Below are positions 1-7,255 of a stretch of 13,702 nt of DNA, in pieces; the first letter of the stretch is position 1; every line of letters starts with the position of its first letter. The notes beneath the pieces are model-generated. The model was given only the letters and a program-made list of their open reading frames with translations. It had not been told where the DNA came from and did no database searches. The position numbers and the translations under genes were made by a program. The stretch is from NCBI GenBank assembly GCA_041677685.1, contig JBAYPN010000019.1:1-13702 (forward strand), given 5' to 3'. This DNA comes from an archaeon (GTDB lineage: Archaea > Iainarchaeota > Iainarchaeia > Iainarchaeales > CSSED10-239).

Positions 1-740
1 AATTGATCTTCAGTTACATGCTCAACTGTTGCAGCATGGGTTGCTTTTACATTTTTTGGAACAATTTCAAGCATAGGTATACTTATTGATTTTGCAATAT
101 CTGAAAGAAGCATACTGTTTGTTTCAAGATAAGCTTTTGAAAAGTCACCAGCTTTTATGATGTTAATCATTCCATCATATCTTGAAAAAGAACCATCTTT
201 TAAAATATTTTTAATAGTGGTGTTTGAAATTGTTTCTTTAAAGATGTGATTGTTGACAATGTTAATAAAAGCTTTTTGAGATTGATTAAGAAGTAAAAGA
301 TCATTTTGGTTAATTGTAGATTCTTTTTTTAAAAAAAGTTCTTGATTGTATTTTAAATCACTTAAATCAAAAAAAAGATTTGATAGATTAAGCAAAGATT
401 TTTCTAGAAAGAAAATATTGTTATAAGAAAACTTAGAAACTTTAAAATCTCTTACAAAATTTAGAGAAGATACATTCTTAAAATAAAAAATTATTTTTTT
501 ATTTTTAAGTTTTGAAAAATCTGAAAACTCAAATAAAGTTTTTTTTGAAATATTGTTAAAAACTATAACTGAATTATTTTTAAGTTTTGAAAAATCTAAT
601 ACAGAAAAATCAGGTATAGTTTTATCTATAAGATAAAAGGAACTGTTGTTTAAAGAAAAGTTATTTTTTTGTAAACTTAAGAGTACACTTTTAAAAATCT
701 CTTTTACTTTATAGTTATTTAAATTTATTTTTAAAAACAT
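1..740 (-). CDS. sufD: FeS cluster assembly protein SufD (N-terminal ~246 codons; runs off the window, no stop seen)
   Basis: Absent from the ORF track because there is no stop in the window. My hand translation of the minus strand from the ATG at 738-740 stays open down to position 3: MFLKINLNNYKVKEIF...DGSFSRYDGMINIIKAGDFSKAYLETNSMLLSDIAKSISIPMLEIVPKNVKATHAATVEHVTEDQ. The distal part has the SufB/SufD beta-helix core pattern (P.LEI ... K.tH.ATV) and parallels SHEATVGRIGEEQLFYL in the adjacent SufB. It starts 7 nt after the sufB stop, giving the canonical sufC-B-D order. The N-terminal half is very divergent and low-complexity. Confidence 0.7.
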   Translation of the reverse strand, partial: MFLKINLNNYKVKEIFKSVLLSLQKNNFSLNNSSFYLIDKTIPDFSVLDFSKLKNNSVIVFNNISKKTLFEFSDFSKLKNKKIIFYFKNVSSLNFVRDFKVSKFSYNNIFFLEKSLLNLSNLFFDLSDLKYNQELFLKKESTINQNDLLLLNQSQKAFINIVNNHIFKETISNTTIKNILKDGSFSRYDGMINIIKAGDFSKAYLETNSMLLSDIAKSISIPMLEIVPKNVKATHAATVEHVTEDQ

Positions 741-747
741 AATTGAT

Positions 748-2193
748 CTAACCTACAGAATTTTCAAACTCCATCTCAATAAGCCTATTTAGCTCAACTG
801 CAAACTCTAAAGGTATCTGTTTTGAAAACTCACTAATAAATCCTAAAATAATTAAAGTGACTGCTTTTGATTCTTCAATACCTCTTGACATCAAATAAAA
901 TAATTGTTCTTCACCAATCCTTCCAACTGTTGCTTCATGAGAAACTTCTGCTGTTGGTTCGTCTACAATTATTACTGGGTAGGTATCAGTCTTACTTTTA
1001 GAGTCCATCAATATAGCATCACATTTAACATTTGATTTTGTGTTTTTAAGCCCAGCACCAATTTTTACAAGACCTCTGTAAGCAGAAACACCTCCATCTT
1101 TAGAAATGGATTTAGAAACTATTGTTCCTGTGGTGTTGTTTGCCTCATGTATGATCTTTGCTCCAGCATCTTGCATTTGGTTTTTTGAAGCAATAGCAAT
1201 TGACAACACTTCTCCTCTAGAACCTTCCCCTTTTAGATAGATTGCAGGGTATTTCATTGTTAACTTTGAACCTAGGTTACCATCCACCCATTCAATAGTT
1301 GCATTTTTATAAGCAAAAGCTCTTTTTGTTACAAGATTGTAAATATTGTTTGCCCAATTTTGAATTGTTGAATATCTAATGGTTGCACCTTCTAAGGCTA
1401 TAACCTCAACAACAGCAGCATGAAGGGATTGGGAGGAATATTTAGGGGCAGTGCAGCCTTCAATATAATGAATTTTACTATTCTTATCTGCAATTATTAG
1501 AGTTCTTTCAAACTGTCCCATATTTGCTGAATTGATTCTAAAGTATGCTTGGAGAGGAGTGTCAACTTTTACATTTTTAGGAACATATACAAATGAACCT
1601 CCTGACCAAACTGCTGAATTTAGACTTGCAAACTTGTTATCATCTAAAGGAACAACAGAACCAAAATATTTTTTTACAAGCTTAGGATATTTCTTAAGAC
1701 CTTCGTCCATGGATAGAAAGACAACTCCTTTTTTTTCAAATTCTTCTTTAATTCTGTGATAAACAACTTCTGAATCATATTGAGCACCCACTCCTGCAAG
1801 AAAGGCTTGTTCAGCTTTAGGAACCCCAATTCTATCAAATGTTTTTTTTACAGAACTAGGAACATCCTTCCAGCTTTTATTTTCTTTAGAGTCAATGGAT
1901 GCAAAGTAAGTTATGTTATTGTAATCGATCTCTTTTAGATTACCAACTCCCCAGGTAGGTGTTTTCTTTTTTAAAAACTTCTTATAGCTTTTTAGTCTAA
2001 AGTCAAGCATCCATTTTGGTTCATTTTTATGTTTTGAAATTCTTTTAATAACATCTTCTGACAATCCCTTATCAAACTTAACTTTATAATTGTTTGTAGA
2101 ATAGAGGAAATTATATTTTTCAATCTTAGTTGCTTTTTTTATAGTTTTTAAAGAACTTTTAGTTGAAGTCTTTTGTATTTTATTTCTGTTCAT
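748..2193 (-). CDS. sufB: FeS cluster assembly scaffold protein SufB
   Basis: 481-aa ORF with an ATG start. SufB hallmarks run throughout (FLAGVGAQYDSEVVYH, SAVWSGGSFVYVPKNVKV, IEGCTAPKY, TKSNVKCDAILMD, SHEATVGRIGEEQLFYLMSRGI). It lies between sufC and sufD. Confidence 0.95.
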   Translation of the reverse strand: MNRNKIQKTSTKSSLKTIKKATKIEKYNFLYSTNNYKVKFDKGLSEDVIKRISKHKNEPKWMLDFRLKSYKKFLKKKTPTWGVGNLKEIDYNNITYFASIDSKENKSWKDVPSSVKKTFDRIGVPKAEQAFLAGVGAQYDSEVVYHRIKEEFEKKGVVFLSMDEGLKKYPKLVKKYFGSVVPLDDNKFASLNSAVWSGGSFVYVPKNVKVDTPLQAYFRINSANMGQFERTLIIADKNSKIHYIEGCTAPKYSSQSLHAAVVEVIALEGATIRYSTIQNWANNIYNLVTKRAFAYKNATIEWVDGNLGSKLTMKYPAIYLKGEGSRGEVLSIAIASKNQMQDAGAKIIHEANNTTGTIVSKSISKDGGVSAYRGLVKIGAGLKNTKSNVKCDAILMDSKSKTDTYPVIIVDEPTAEVSHEATVGRIGEEQLFYLMSRGIEESKAVTLIILGFISEFSKQIPLEFAVELNRLIEMEFENSVG

Positions 2194-2279
2194 ATTAATT
2201 TATAGTTTTTAATTTATAATTTGAAATTTTTTTTGTTCTTATTTTTATTATAGTTCTAATTTTAATTTTAGTTTTAATT

Positions 2280-3050
2280 TTATTTTGGTTTTAATTTCTT
2301 ATACTCATCAATTATTTTAGTAAAGCCATTCTTCTCAATATTGTTTGCAAAAGATTTATCTCCACTTTTAATAATCTCACCCTCATTCATCACATGCACA
2401 AAATCAGGTTTTAAAAAATCAAGAATCTTTTTATGATGGGTTATTACTATTACTGAAAAGTTAGGGTTTTCTTTTTTTAAATTATTAATTGATTTACACA
2501 CAAGCTTTAAAGAGTCAACATCAAGTCCAGAATCAGTTTCATCTAAAATTGCCAAAGATGGGTTTAATAAATTAAGTTGTAAGATTTCTGCTCTCTTTTT
2601 CTCTCCACCAGAAAAACCAACATTTAAAGCTCTTGATAAAAAGGAGTCATCGATATGTAATAATTTTGTTTGTTTTTTAACTAAGAGATTAAACTCTAAT
2701 ACTGAGATTTTCTTATTATAAGTGCTTATATAACTATTTCTTAAAAAAGAAAAATAATTTAGCCCAGGTATCTCTAAAGGTGTTTGAAATGATAAAAAAA
2801 GTCCTAGCTTTGCTCTTTTGTCTGCACTTAAATTTAGAATGTTTTTATTTTTAAAAATTATCTTCCCACTAGTAACTTGATACTTTGGATGCCCCATAAT
2901 AGTGTACGCTAAAGTTGATTTTCCAGAGCCGTTTGGACCCATGATTGCATGAACCTCTTGTTCTTTAATGTCTAATTTAAATTTAGATAATATCTTTTTA
3001 TGCTCAACATTTACTGATAAATTGTTTATGCTTAATAATAGCTTTTTCAT
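2280..3050 (-). CDS. sufC: FeS cluster assembly ATPase SufC (ABC-type)
   Basis: Walker A GPNGSGKST, ABC signature FSGGEKKR, Walker B LAILDETDSGLD, H-loop ITHH. The track start at 3062 is a TTG that overlaps the RBS. On the minus strand the sequence reads TTGAGGAATAACATG, so GAGG-N6-ATG makes the ATG at 3048-3050 (MKKLLLSINN...) the likely start. Confidence 0.93.
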   Translation of the reverse strand: MKKLLLSINNLSVNVEHKKILSKFKLDIKEQEVHAIMGPNGSGKSTLAYTIMGHPKYQVTSGKIIFKNKNILNLSADKRAKLGLFLSFQTPLEIPGLNYFSFLRNSYISTYNKKISVLEFNLLVKKQTKLLHIDDSFLSRALNVGFSGGEKKRAEILQLNLLNPSLAILDETDSGLDVDSLKLVCKSINNLKKENPNFSVIVITHHKKILDFLKPDFVHVMNEGEIIKSGDKSFANNIEKNGFTKIIDEYKKLKPK

Positions 3051-3113
3051 GTTATTCCTCAAATGACTCTCTGTTCATATATATAACTCATGAAAGAATT
3101 TAAAAAGATAACT

Positions 3114-3136
3114 AATAACCTTAAAAAAAGGTTATT
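3114..3136 (-). terminator. Perfect 7-bp hairpin (AATAACC-N9-GGTTATT) flanked by T-runs on both strands, between the kinase gene and sufC
   Basis: Read directly: aataacc ttaaaaaaa ggttatt. It is followed by ttcttttttat on the plus strand and by a T5 run within about 8 nt on the minus strand. The position suits separating the RuBisCO/kinase transcript from the suf promoter. The stem is all-AT-rich and weak. Confidence 0.25.
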
Positions 3137-3273
3137 TTCTTTTTTATAAACTCTAAATTTTAAATAGTTTTACCAAAAATCAAGCATATCTTGTTTTAGA
3201 GAAGAAAAATTAAAATTGAAATTAGAATTAGAATTGAAAATAAAAAATAAAATTAGAAATAAAAATTAATTTT

Positions 3274-3280
3274 AAAAAAA
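3274..3280 (-). terminator. Oligo-T (T7) tract 2 nt downstream of the kinase stop codon
   Basis: The minus strand reads TGA tc TTTTTTT. Archaeal intrinsic termination uses oligo-T tracts. The following ~85 nt are G-free and T-rich on the transcribed strand. Confidence 0.4.
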
Positions 3281-3282
3281 GA

Positions 3283-3855
3283 TCATTTAAGTCTAGGCTT
3301 AATTAGTTCGCAAATGTTAGAAGTAATTTCTTTAATACTATTTTTTTCAACATTAATAATATAGTCAAACACATCTAAATCCTTACCCAACACAAAGCCA
3401 TAGAGTTTCTTAAAATGCCTTTTATTAAACCCATCTTTTTTTCGTATAATTTTTCTTGCGTCTTCCAAATTTACTTTATCTCTTTTCATTAACCTTAAAG
3501 TTCTAACCTTAAAAGAAGCATGCAACCAAATCTTAATAATCTTCTTTTTATTGTTTGAAAGGTAAGGAAGTGTCCAAGAATCCAAAACTAAATTATCTTT
3601 TTCTTTTAGTAACTTCTTTAAATAATTATCAAGCCTATAATCTAAATTTAGATCCTTATGTCTAACAGAATCTAAGTTTGAAAATTCATACCAACCTTTG
3701 TTCATTTTAGTTTTGTTTGGATCAATATCTCTGTTAGTATGGATTAGTTTAAGAATATGAGATGTGTGCACAAATTTATAATTAAGTTTCTTTGCAAGAC
3801 TTTCAGATAAGTAACTCTTTCCTGAGGCTGTAAACCCACAAATTAAAATAATCAT
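3283..3855 (-). CDS. P-loop nucleoside-monophosphate kinase, archaeal cytidylate-kinase-like (Cmk type 2-like)
   Basis: N-terminal P-loop ILICGFTASGKS. The C-terminal half (KIWLHASFKVRTLRLMKRDKVNLEDARKIIRKKDGFNKRHFKKLYGFVLGKDLDVFDYIINVEK) follows the archaeal Cmk pattern as I recall it: KIWL.A..evRa.Ri..R.g.s.eea...i..Re.....ry...YgididdlsiYDlviNT. Substrate specificity cannot be read from the sequence. Confidence 0.6.
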   Translation of the reverse strand: MIILICGFTASGKSYLSESLAKKLNYKFVHTSHILKLIHTNRDIDPNKTKMNKGWYEFSNLDSVRHKDLNLDYRLDNYLKKLLKEKDNLVLDSWTLPYLSNNKKKIIKIWLHASFKVRTLRLMKRDKVNLEDARKIIRKKDGFNKRHFKKLYGFVLGKDLDVFDYIINVEKNSIKEITSNICELIKPRLK

Positions 3856-3916
3856 AAACTAATTACACACTCTAAATTGTATTTTTTATTTAATCTGATT
3901 AAATTAAATTTTTACT

Positions 3917-5338
3917 CTATTTCATTTTGGAGAAAAAAGAAATTGCAACTTCTAATTCTCTATGAGTCTTTGCATACTCTTGAATGGTTATGCCTTTTTG
4001 ATAAGCCTCACAAGCCTGAACTAAAGCAATTGCACCTTCTCTTGTCCCATTTGGGTGTGCATGAGCACCGGCCCCCATAGTTGTTATAAAGTCAACATTT
4101 CCCATAACATCAATGAACGGTTTTAATAAAGTTGGATTTAGACCACCAGAAATTATTGGAACAGTCTTTTTCATACCTCTCCAAGAATCATCCTCTAAGA
4201 TTATGTGTTTTGCTAAATCTAATTTTGCTAACTTAATGGAATCTACATCATCTTCAGGAATTCTACCCCAATTTTGATTAAAGAAGTGTCCTTTATCTTT
4301 AAATAATTGAATGTTATGTGCAGCAACAACGTCCTTGCTAGTAGACCCACTCATCTTTCCTACCCCAGCAGTTCCTGTATGCATTCCTGATGCTCCAGCA
4401 AGTCTTGCAAATTTAGAAAGAACTAATACTGAAAAGCCAAAAGGGTTTTCTTCTCTTGTAAAGGCTCCATGTGCAGCTCTATGGAAATGTAAAAAAACAT
4501 TTGGGTATTTTCTTCTAAGTGTTTGAACAGCCATCCACCCAGCAGTAATCCCATCAATTAAAAATGCATAACTTCCTGGTTCAAAACCAGCATTAACAAT
4601 CATCTCACATCTTTCAATCATAGTATCATAATCAGCAGCAGAAACATTAAATGAATGAACTTTTTTCTTTCCTGTTTCTTTTACAGCTTTATCCATTGCC
4701 TGCTTTACATACTTCACCATCTTGTCATATGGACAAAAATCTTGGTTAGCCTGAGGTTCATCATTTTTAACAAAGTCTCCTCCACCAACCCAAAAGTCAT
4801 AACAGACTTCTGCATACTCTGAAGCAATAAGCCCCATCTTTGGCTTAATTATTGTGCCTAAAATTGGTCTATCATAAACATCTAAATATTTTCTCATATC
4901 ATCAATAGTGTAACTTGGACCATCATACTGTTCTAAAAAACTTGGAGAAAACCAAACATCTAAAAGTTTTAAAGCACTTACTTTTTTCATACCCAAGACA
5001 TTTCCAACAATATAAGTTAAAATGTTTTGAATATTTCCACCTCTGTCAAACAGCCTCCAAGGATAAGCAATCCATACTAAATTTTTACTTAAGTCAACTT
5101 CATAAACCAAAGCATTCATTTCTCTTGAAAAAGAAGTTGCAGTCTTTACAGGAAAGTTAGTTCCTGTGGAAGATTCTGAAGCAACCTCACAAGCTGCCTG
5201 TAGAATATTTAAATCTCCACCTGGTAACAGATGGAAAACTCCTAACAGGTATTCTCCATTTTTGGGATTTTCTAAATTTAAATTTAAGTAAGTTAATTGT
5301 TTTTCATTAAGTGTTTTTACAAGTTCTTTAAAATCCAT
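3917..5338 (-). CDS. rbcL: Ribulose-1,5-bisphosphate carboxylase/oxygenase large subunit, form II/III-like
   Basis: 473 aa with strong GGAGG-N7-ATG. Form II-type motifs are present: ASESSTGTN, ALVYEVD, GTIIKPKMG, GGDFVKNDEPQANQ (carbamylated-Lys KxDE motif intact), HFHRAAHGA, ASGMHTGT, GVGKMSG (loop 6 Lys), PIISGGLN and TTMGAGAHAHP. There is a ~30-aa insertion between loop 6 and the IISGG motif relative to Rhodospirillum rubrum form II. Confidence 0.95.
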   Translation of the reverse strand: MDFKELVKTLNEKQLTYLNLNLENPKNGEYLLGVFHLLPGGDLNILQAACEVASESSTGTNFPVKTATSFSREMNALVYEVDLSKNLVWIAYPWRLFDRGGNIQNILTYIVGNVLGMKKVSALKLLDVWFSPSFLEQYDGPSYTIDDMRKYLDVYDRPILGTIIKPKMGLIASEYAEVCYDFWVGGGDFVKNDEPQANQDFCPYDKMVKYVKQAMDKAVKETGKKKVHSFNVSAADYDTMIERCEMIVNAGFEPGSYAFLIDGITAGWMAVQTLRRKYPNVFLHFHRAAHGAFTREENPFGFSVLVLSKFARLAGASGMHTGTAGVGKMSGSTSKDVVAAHNIQLFKDKGHFFNQNWGRIPEDDVDSIKLAKLDLAKHIILEDDSWRGMKKTVPIISGGLNPTLLKPFIDVMGNVDFITTMGAGAHAHPNGTREGAIALVQACEAYQKGITIQEYAKTHRELEVAISFFSKMK

Positions 5339-5382
5339 AAATATTCCTCCAAATGTTATTCAAATAATAGTAACACAAAACA

Positions 5383-5390
5383 ATTATAAA
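5383..5390 (-). promoter_or_regulatory. Candidate TATA box (TTTATAAT) for the RuBisCO gene
   Basis: The minus strand reads ...actattacTTTATAATtgttttgtgttactattatttgaataacatttGGAGGaatatttATG. The TATA-like octamer lies ~45 nt upstream of the ATG, which would give a short leader containing the SD. TATA-like strings are common in this AT-rich DNA, so confidence is low. Confidence 0.25.
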
Positions 5391-5422
5391 GTAATAGTAT
5401 GCTTTTTTTAAAAAATCAAATT

Positions 5423-5429
5423 AAAAAAA
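5423..5429 (-). terminator. Oligo-T (T7) tract just downstream of the antiporter stop; a second T6 tract lies at 5410-5415
   Basis: The minus strand after TAA (5435-5437) reads taatttaaTTTTTTTaatttgaTTTTTTaaaaaaagc. This suggests RuBisCO has its own promoter. Confidence 0.4.
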
Positions 5430-5434
5430 TTAAA

Positions 5435-6328
5435 TTATTTAAGATCTCTTTTCAAATAATCTATATATGGAGATTTATAAGAAGAAAGATTATCAGAGCC
5501 TTTAGAAATTAAAACATTAATCTTCTCTAATAAAAAATTAGATTCTAGAACCTTTGGCAAAATCACTAGATCTGCACCATGCTCATACAATTTTAAAACC
5601 TGATCTTTATTTTCTGCTCTACAATAAACTATTAACTTTGGATTAATTGTTTTTCCTGTTTTTAAAAACCTAATAATTGTATCAAATCTAGGTAATGTTA
5701 AAATTACTGCTTTTGCATTTAATAGCCTTAGAGAGTTTATGACCTCTTCATTATTGATGTCTCCACAAACACAATTTACTTTCTTTTTAATTAATGGGAT
5801 TATTTTATCAGGATTTTGATCAACAACAACATACGGGATATTTATGTCTCTACCCATAACAGTTCTAATAGCCTCACCAACATCATCAGACCCAACAATA
5901 ACAATATGGTTTTCTAACTTCTTTGGAATGTTTTTTAAATAATTTACTTTCCTATTAACATACCTTGATTTGAATTTAGAAAAGAATGGTTTTAAGTAAT
6001 TGAAAATATTATCACTGTAATTGTATAGATAAGGGGTAAGTAACATTGATAGAGAAGTAATAATAATTATTACAGAATATTGAGATTGTGTTAACTGCCC
6101 TAAAATCCACCCCTGCATAGCTAAGATCAAAGAAAATTCAAAGACCTGTGTTAAAATTATTGTTGACTTGGTTGATATTCTTGAACCATACCCTGAAAGT
6201 AGCAAGGTAAAGAAATGAATGAGAGGTTTAACTAAAAAGACAAAAAGAAATAAACCCAAAAACAAAATAAAAACCCCACCTTTGAAATTAAAGGAAAGCT
6301 GCATACCTAAAGACACAAAAAAGATCAT
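5435..6328 (-). CDS. C-terminal fragment of a Kef-type (CPA2) cation:proton antiporter: last TM helices plus an RCK/TrkA-N domain. The frame actually stays open upstream to 6526.
   Basis: FFVSLGMQL matches the conserved CPA2 FFvsvGm motif. HIVIVGSDDVGEAIRTVM...VVVDQNPDKI...VCGDINNEEVINSLRLLNAKAVILTLP...RAENKDQVLKLYEHGADLVILP is a TrkA-N/RCK Rossmann fold, with the glycine motif degenerated to GSDDVG instead of GxGxxG. The listed ATG is internal. The same frame translated upstream gives ...FFLLSIGSCFLFILVSLFLNFDIAVGAFIGGLAISIFPYNLEISNKVSGLRNLLS-MIFFV, which carries the GAF.aG CPA2 motif. Confidence 0.85.
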   Translation of the reverse strand: MIFFVSLGMQLSFNFKGGVFILFLGLFLFVFLVKPLIHFFTLLLSGYGSRISTKSTIILTQVFEFSLILAMQGWILGQLTQSQYSVIIIITSLSMLLTPYLYNYSDNIFNYLKPFFSKFKSRYVNRKVNYLKNIPKKLENHIVIVGSDDVGEAIRTVMGRDINIPYVVVDQNPDKIIPLIKKKVNCVCGDINNEEVINSLRLLNAKAVILTLPRFDTIIRFLKTGKTINPKLIVYCRAENKDQVLKLYEHGADLVILPKVLESNFLLEKINVLISKGSDNLSSYKSPYIDYLKRDLK

Positions 6329-6470
6329 AGATAAAAGATTTCTAAGACCTGAAACCTTATTTGAAATTTCTAGATTGTATGGGAATATGGAGATTGCTAA
6401 ACCTCCAATAAACGCACCAACAGCAATATCAAAATTTAAAAATAAAGAAACTAAAATAAATAAAAAACAA

Positions 6471-7073
6471 CTACCAATTGAGAGTAGGAAAAAAACCAGG
6501 ACCTGACTTAAAGGTTTGTTTAATAATTACAGGGTAAACAAACTTATTTAGTAAGAACGCAAGAACAATTAGAATAATTGTTTTTCCTATAACTGTAAAG
6601 ATTAAAACACTTGAAAAATTTAGAACGTCTTTTAAGATTGGAATTGCCAAAATTGCAATAAAGTCTTCAACTAATAAAATACCAATGCTTATCTTTCCTT
6701 GTAAAGAACTAATCTCAAAATTGTCTAATAAGATTTTTGCAACTAACATTGTGGAGCTAAAAGACAAAATAAAACTTAAATATAAAGCTTGAACAAAATC
6801 AATTACAAATAGATTTTTTAAAAGCATTAATAATAAAAAAGTTAAAATTATGTTAATTACAGGCAACACAAACACAGAAACATTTATTTTCTTTAATTGC
6901 TTTAGATCTGTGCTTATCCCAACACTGAACAATAAAAAGGCAATTCCAATTTTTGAAAGTAAGATTATCTCTTCTGTATTTGAAACCCAACCAAAGACCA
7001 AAGGCCCAATCAAGATACCAGTAACTATGTATGCTAAAATTGAAGGTTGTTTAAATCTATTAAAAATGTACAT
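6471..7073 (-). CDS. N-terminal fragment of the same Kef-type (CPA2) antiporter, ended prematurely by a frameshift
   Basis: FKQPSILAYIVTGILIGP matches the CPA2 N-terminal motif (l.qP.vlgyilaGillGP), followed by several hydrophobic helices. The ORF terminates ...KSGPGFFPTLNW* just after the T7 run (plus-strand A7 at 6489-6495). Removing one T joins it in frame to the downstream fragment, giving about 545 codons in total. Confidence 0.85.
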   Translation of the reverse strand: MYIFNRFKQPSILAYIVTGILIGPLVFGWVSNTEEIILLSKIGIAFLLFSVGISTDLKQLKKINVSVFVLPVINIILTFLLLMLLKNLFVIDFVQALYLSFILSFSSTMLVAKILLDNFEISSLQGKISIGILLVEDFIAILAIPILKDVLNFSSVLIFTVIGKTIILIVLAFLLNKFVYPVIIKQTFKSGPGFFPTLNW

Positions 7074-7255
7074 AATAATTGTTGCTGCAATTACAAGAAT
7101 ACTAAATGTTATTATAAAATCTATATTAAAATTTCCTTTAATAAAAAGCTTAAGTTAATAGTAATTATAAAAAGAATGTTTTAAAAATATATTGTATATA
7201 CTATTTATATTAAAAGAAATTTACAAAGTATATTGGACAAGAAATAAGATTTGAT

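Noticed and set aside
499-597. A 24-nt direct repeat (ttatttttaagttttgaaaaatct at 499-522 and 574-597) inside sufD
   Set aside because: The copies are in frame, exactly 25 codons apart, and encode a duplicated DFSKLKN segment within the divergent N-terminal part of a repeat-containing beta-helix protein. This is an internal coding duplication, not a separate element.
1532-1759. 75-aa plus-strand ORF inside sufB. The same applies to 3877-4080, 4311-4526 and 4915-5160 inside rbcL, and to 10386-10589, 10571-10813, 11021-11245, 11226-11429 and 12419-12619 inside rrp42, rrp41 and SBDS.
   Set aside because: All lie antisense to ORFs with strong, full-length family signatures. Their translations are low-complexity with no recognisable motifs or RBSs. 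These are typical shadow ORFs.
2207-2222. A 16-nt string ttttaatttataattt upstream of sufB, identical to the start of the 33-bp repeat unit (7731, 7764), considered as a shared regulatory motif
   Set aside because: It is an A/T-only low-complexity sequence in very AT-rich spacers. A match of this length among intergenic A/T tracts is plausibly chance. I keep it only as a weak hint that the motif is TATA-box-like.
3199-3282. An ~85-nt C-free tract with attaga/attgaa micro-repeats between the kinase and the hairpin, considered as an ncRNA or a satellite
   Set aside because: It has no stable secondary structure and no C/D-box or other RNA motifs. It reads as the T-rich 3' trailer and terminator zone of the kinase transcript. 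A similar AT-rich periodic spacer occurs at 2194-2279.
3917-5338. Possibility that the RuBisCO homologue is a form IV RuBisCO-like protein (non-carboxylating)
   Set aside because: The KxDE carbamylation/metal motif, the loop 6 Lys (GVGKMSG), HFHRAAHG, MHTGT and the IISGG phosphate-binding motif are all intact. RLPs characteristically lack several of these.
6219-6506. 95-aa Lys-rich plus-strand ORF spanning the junction of the two antiporter fragments, and the 102-aa ORF at 6850-7158
   Set aside because: They are antisense to sequence that translates into conserved CPA2 helices on the minus strand (GAFIGGLAIS, FFVSLGM). The products are K/T/P low-complexity. The junction is better explained by the frameshift than by a separate gene.
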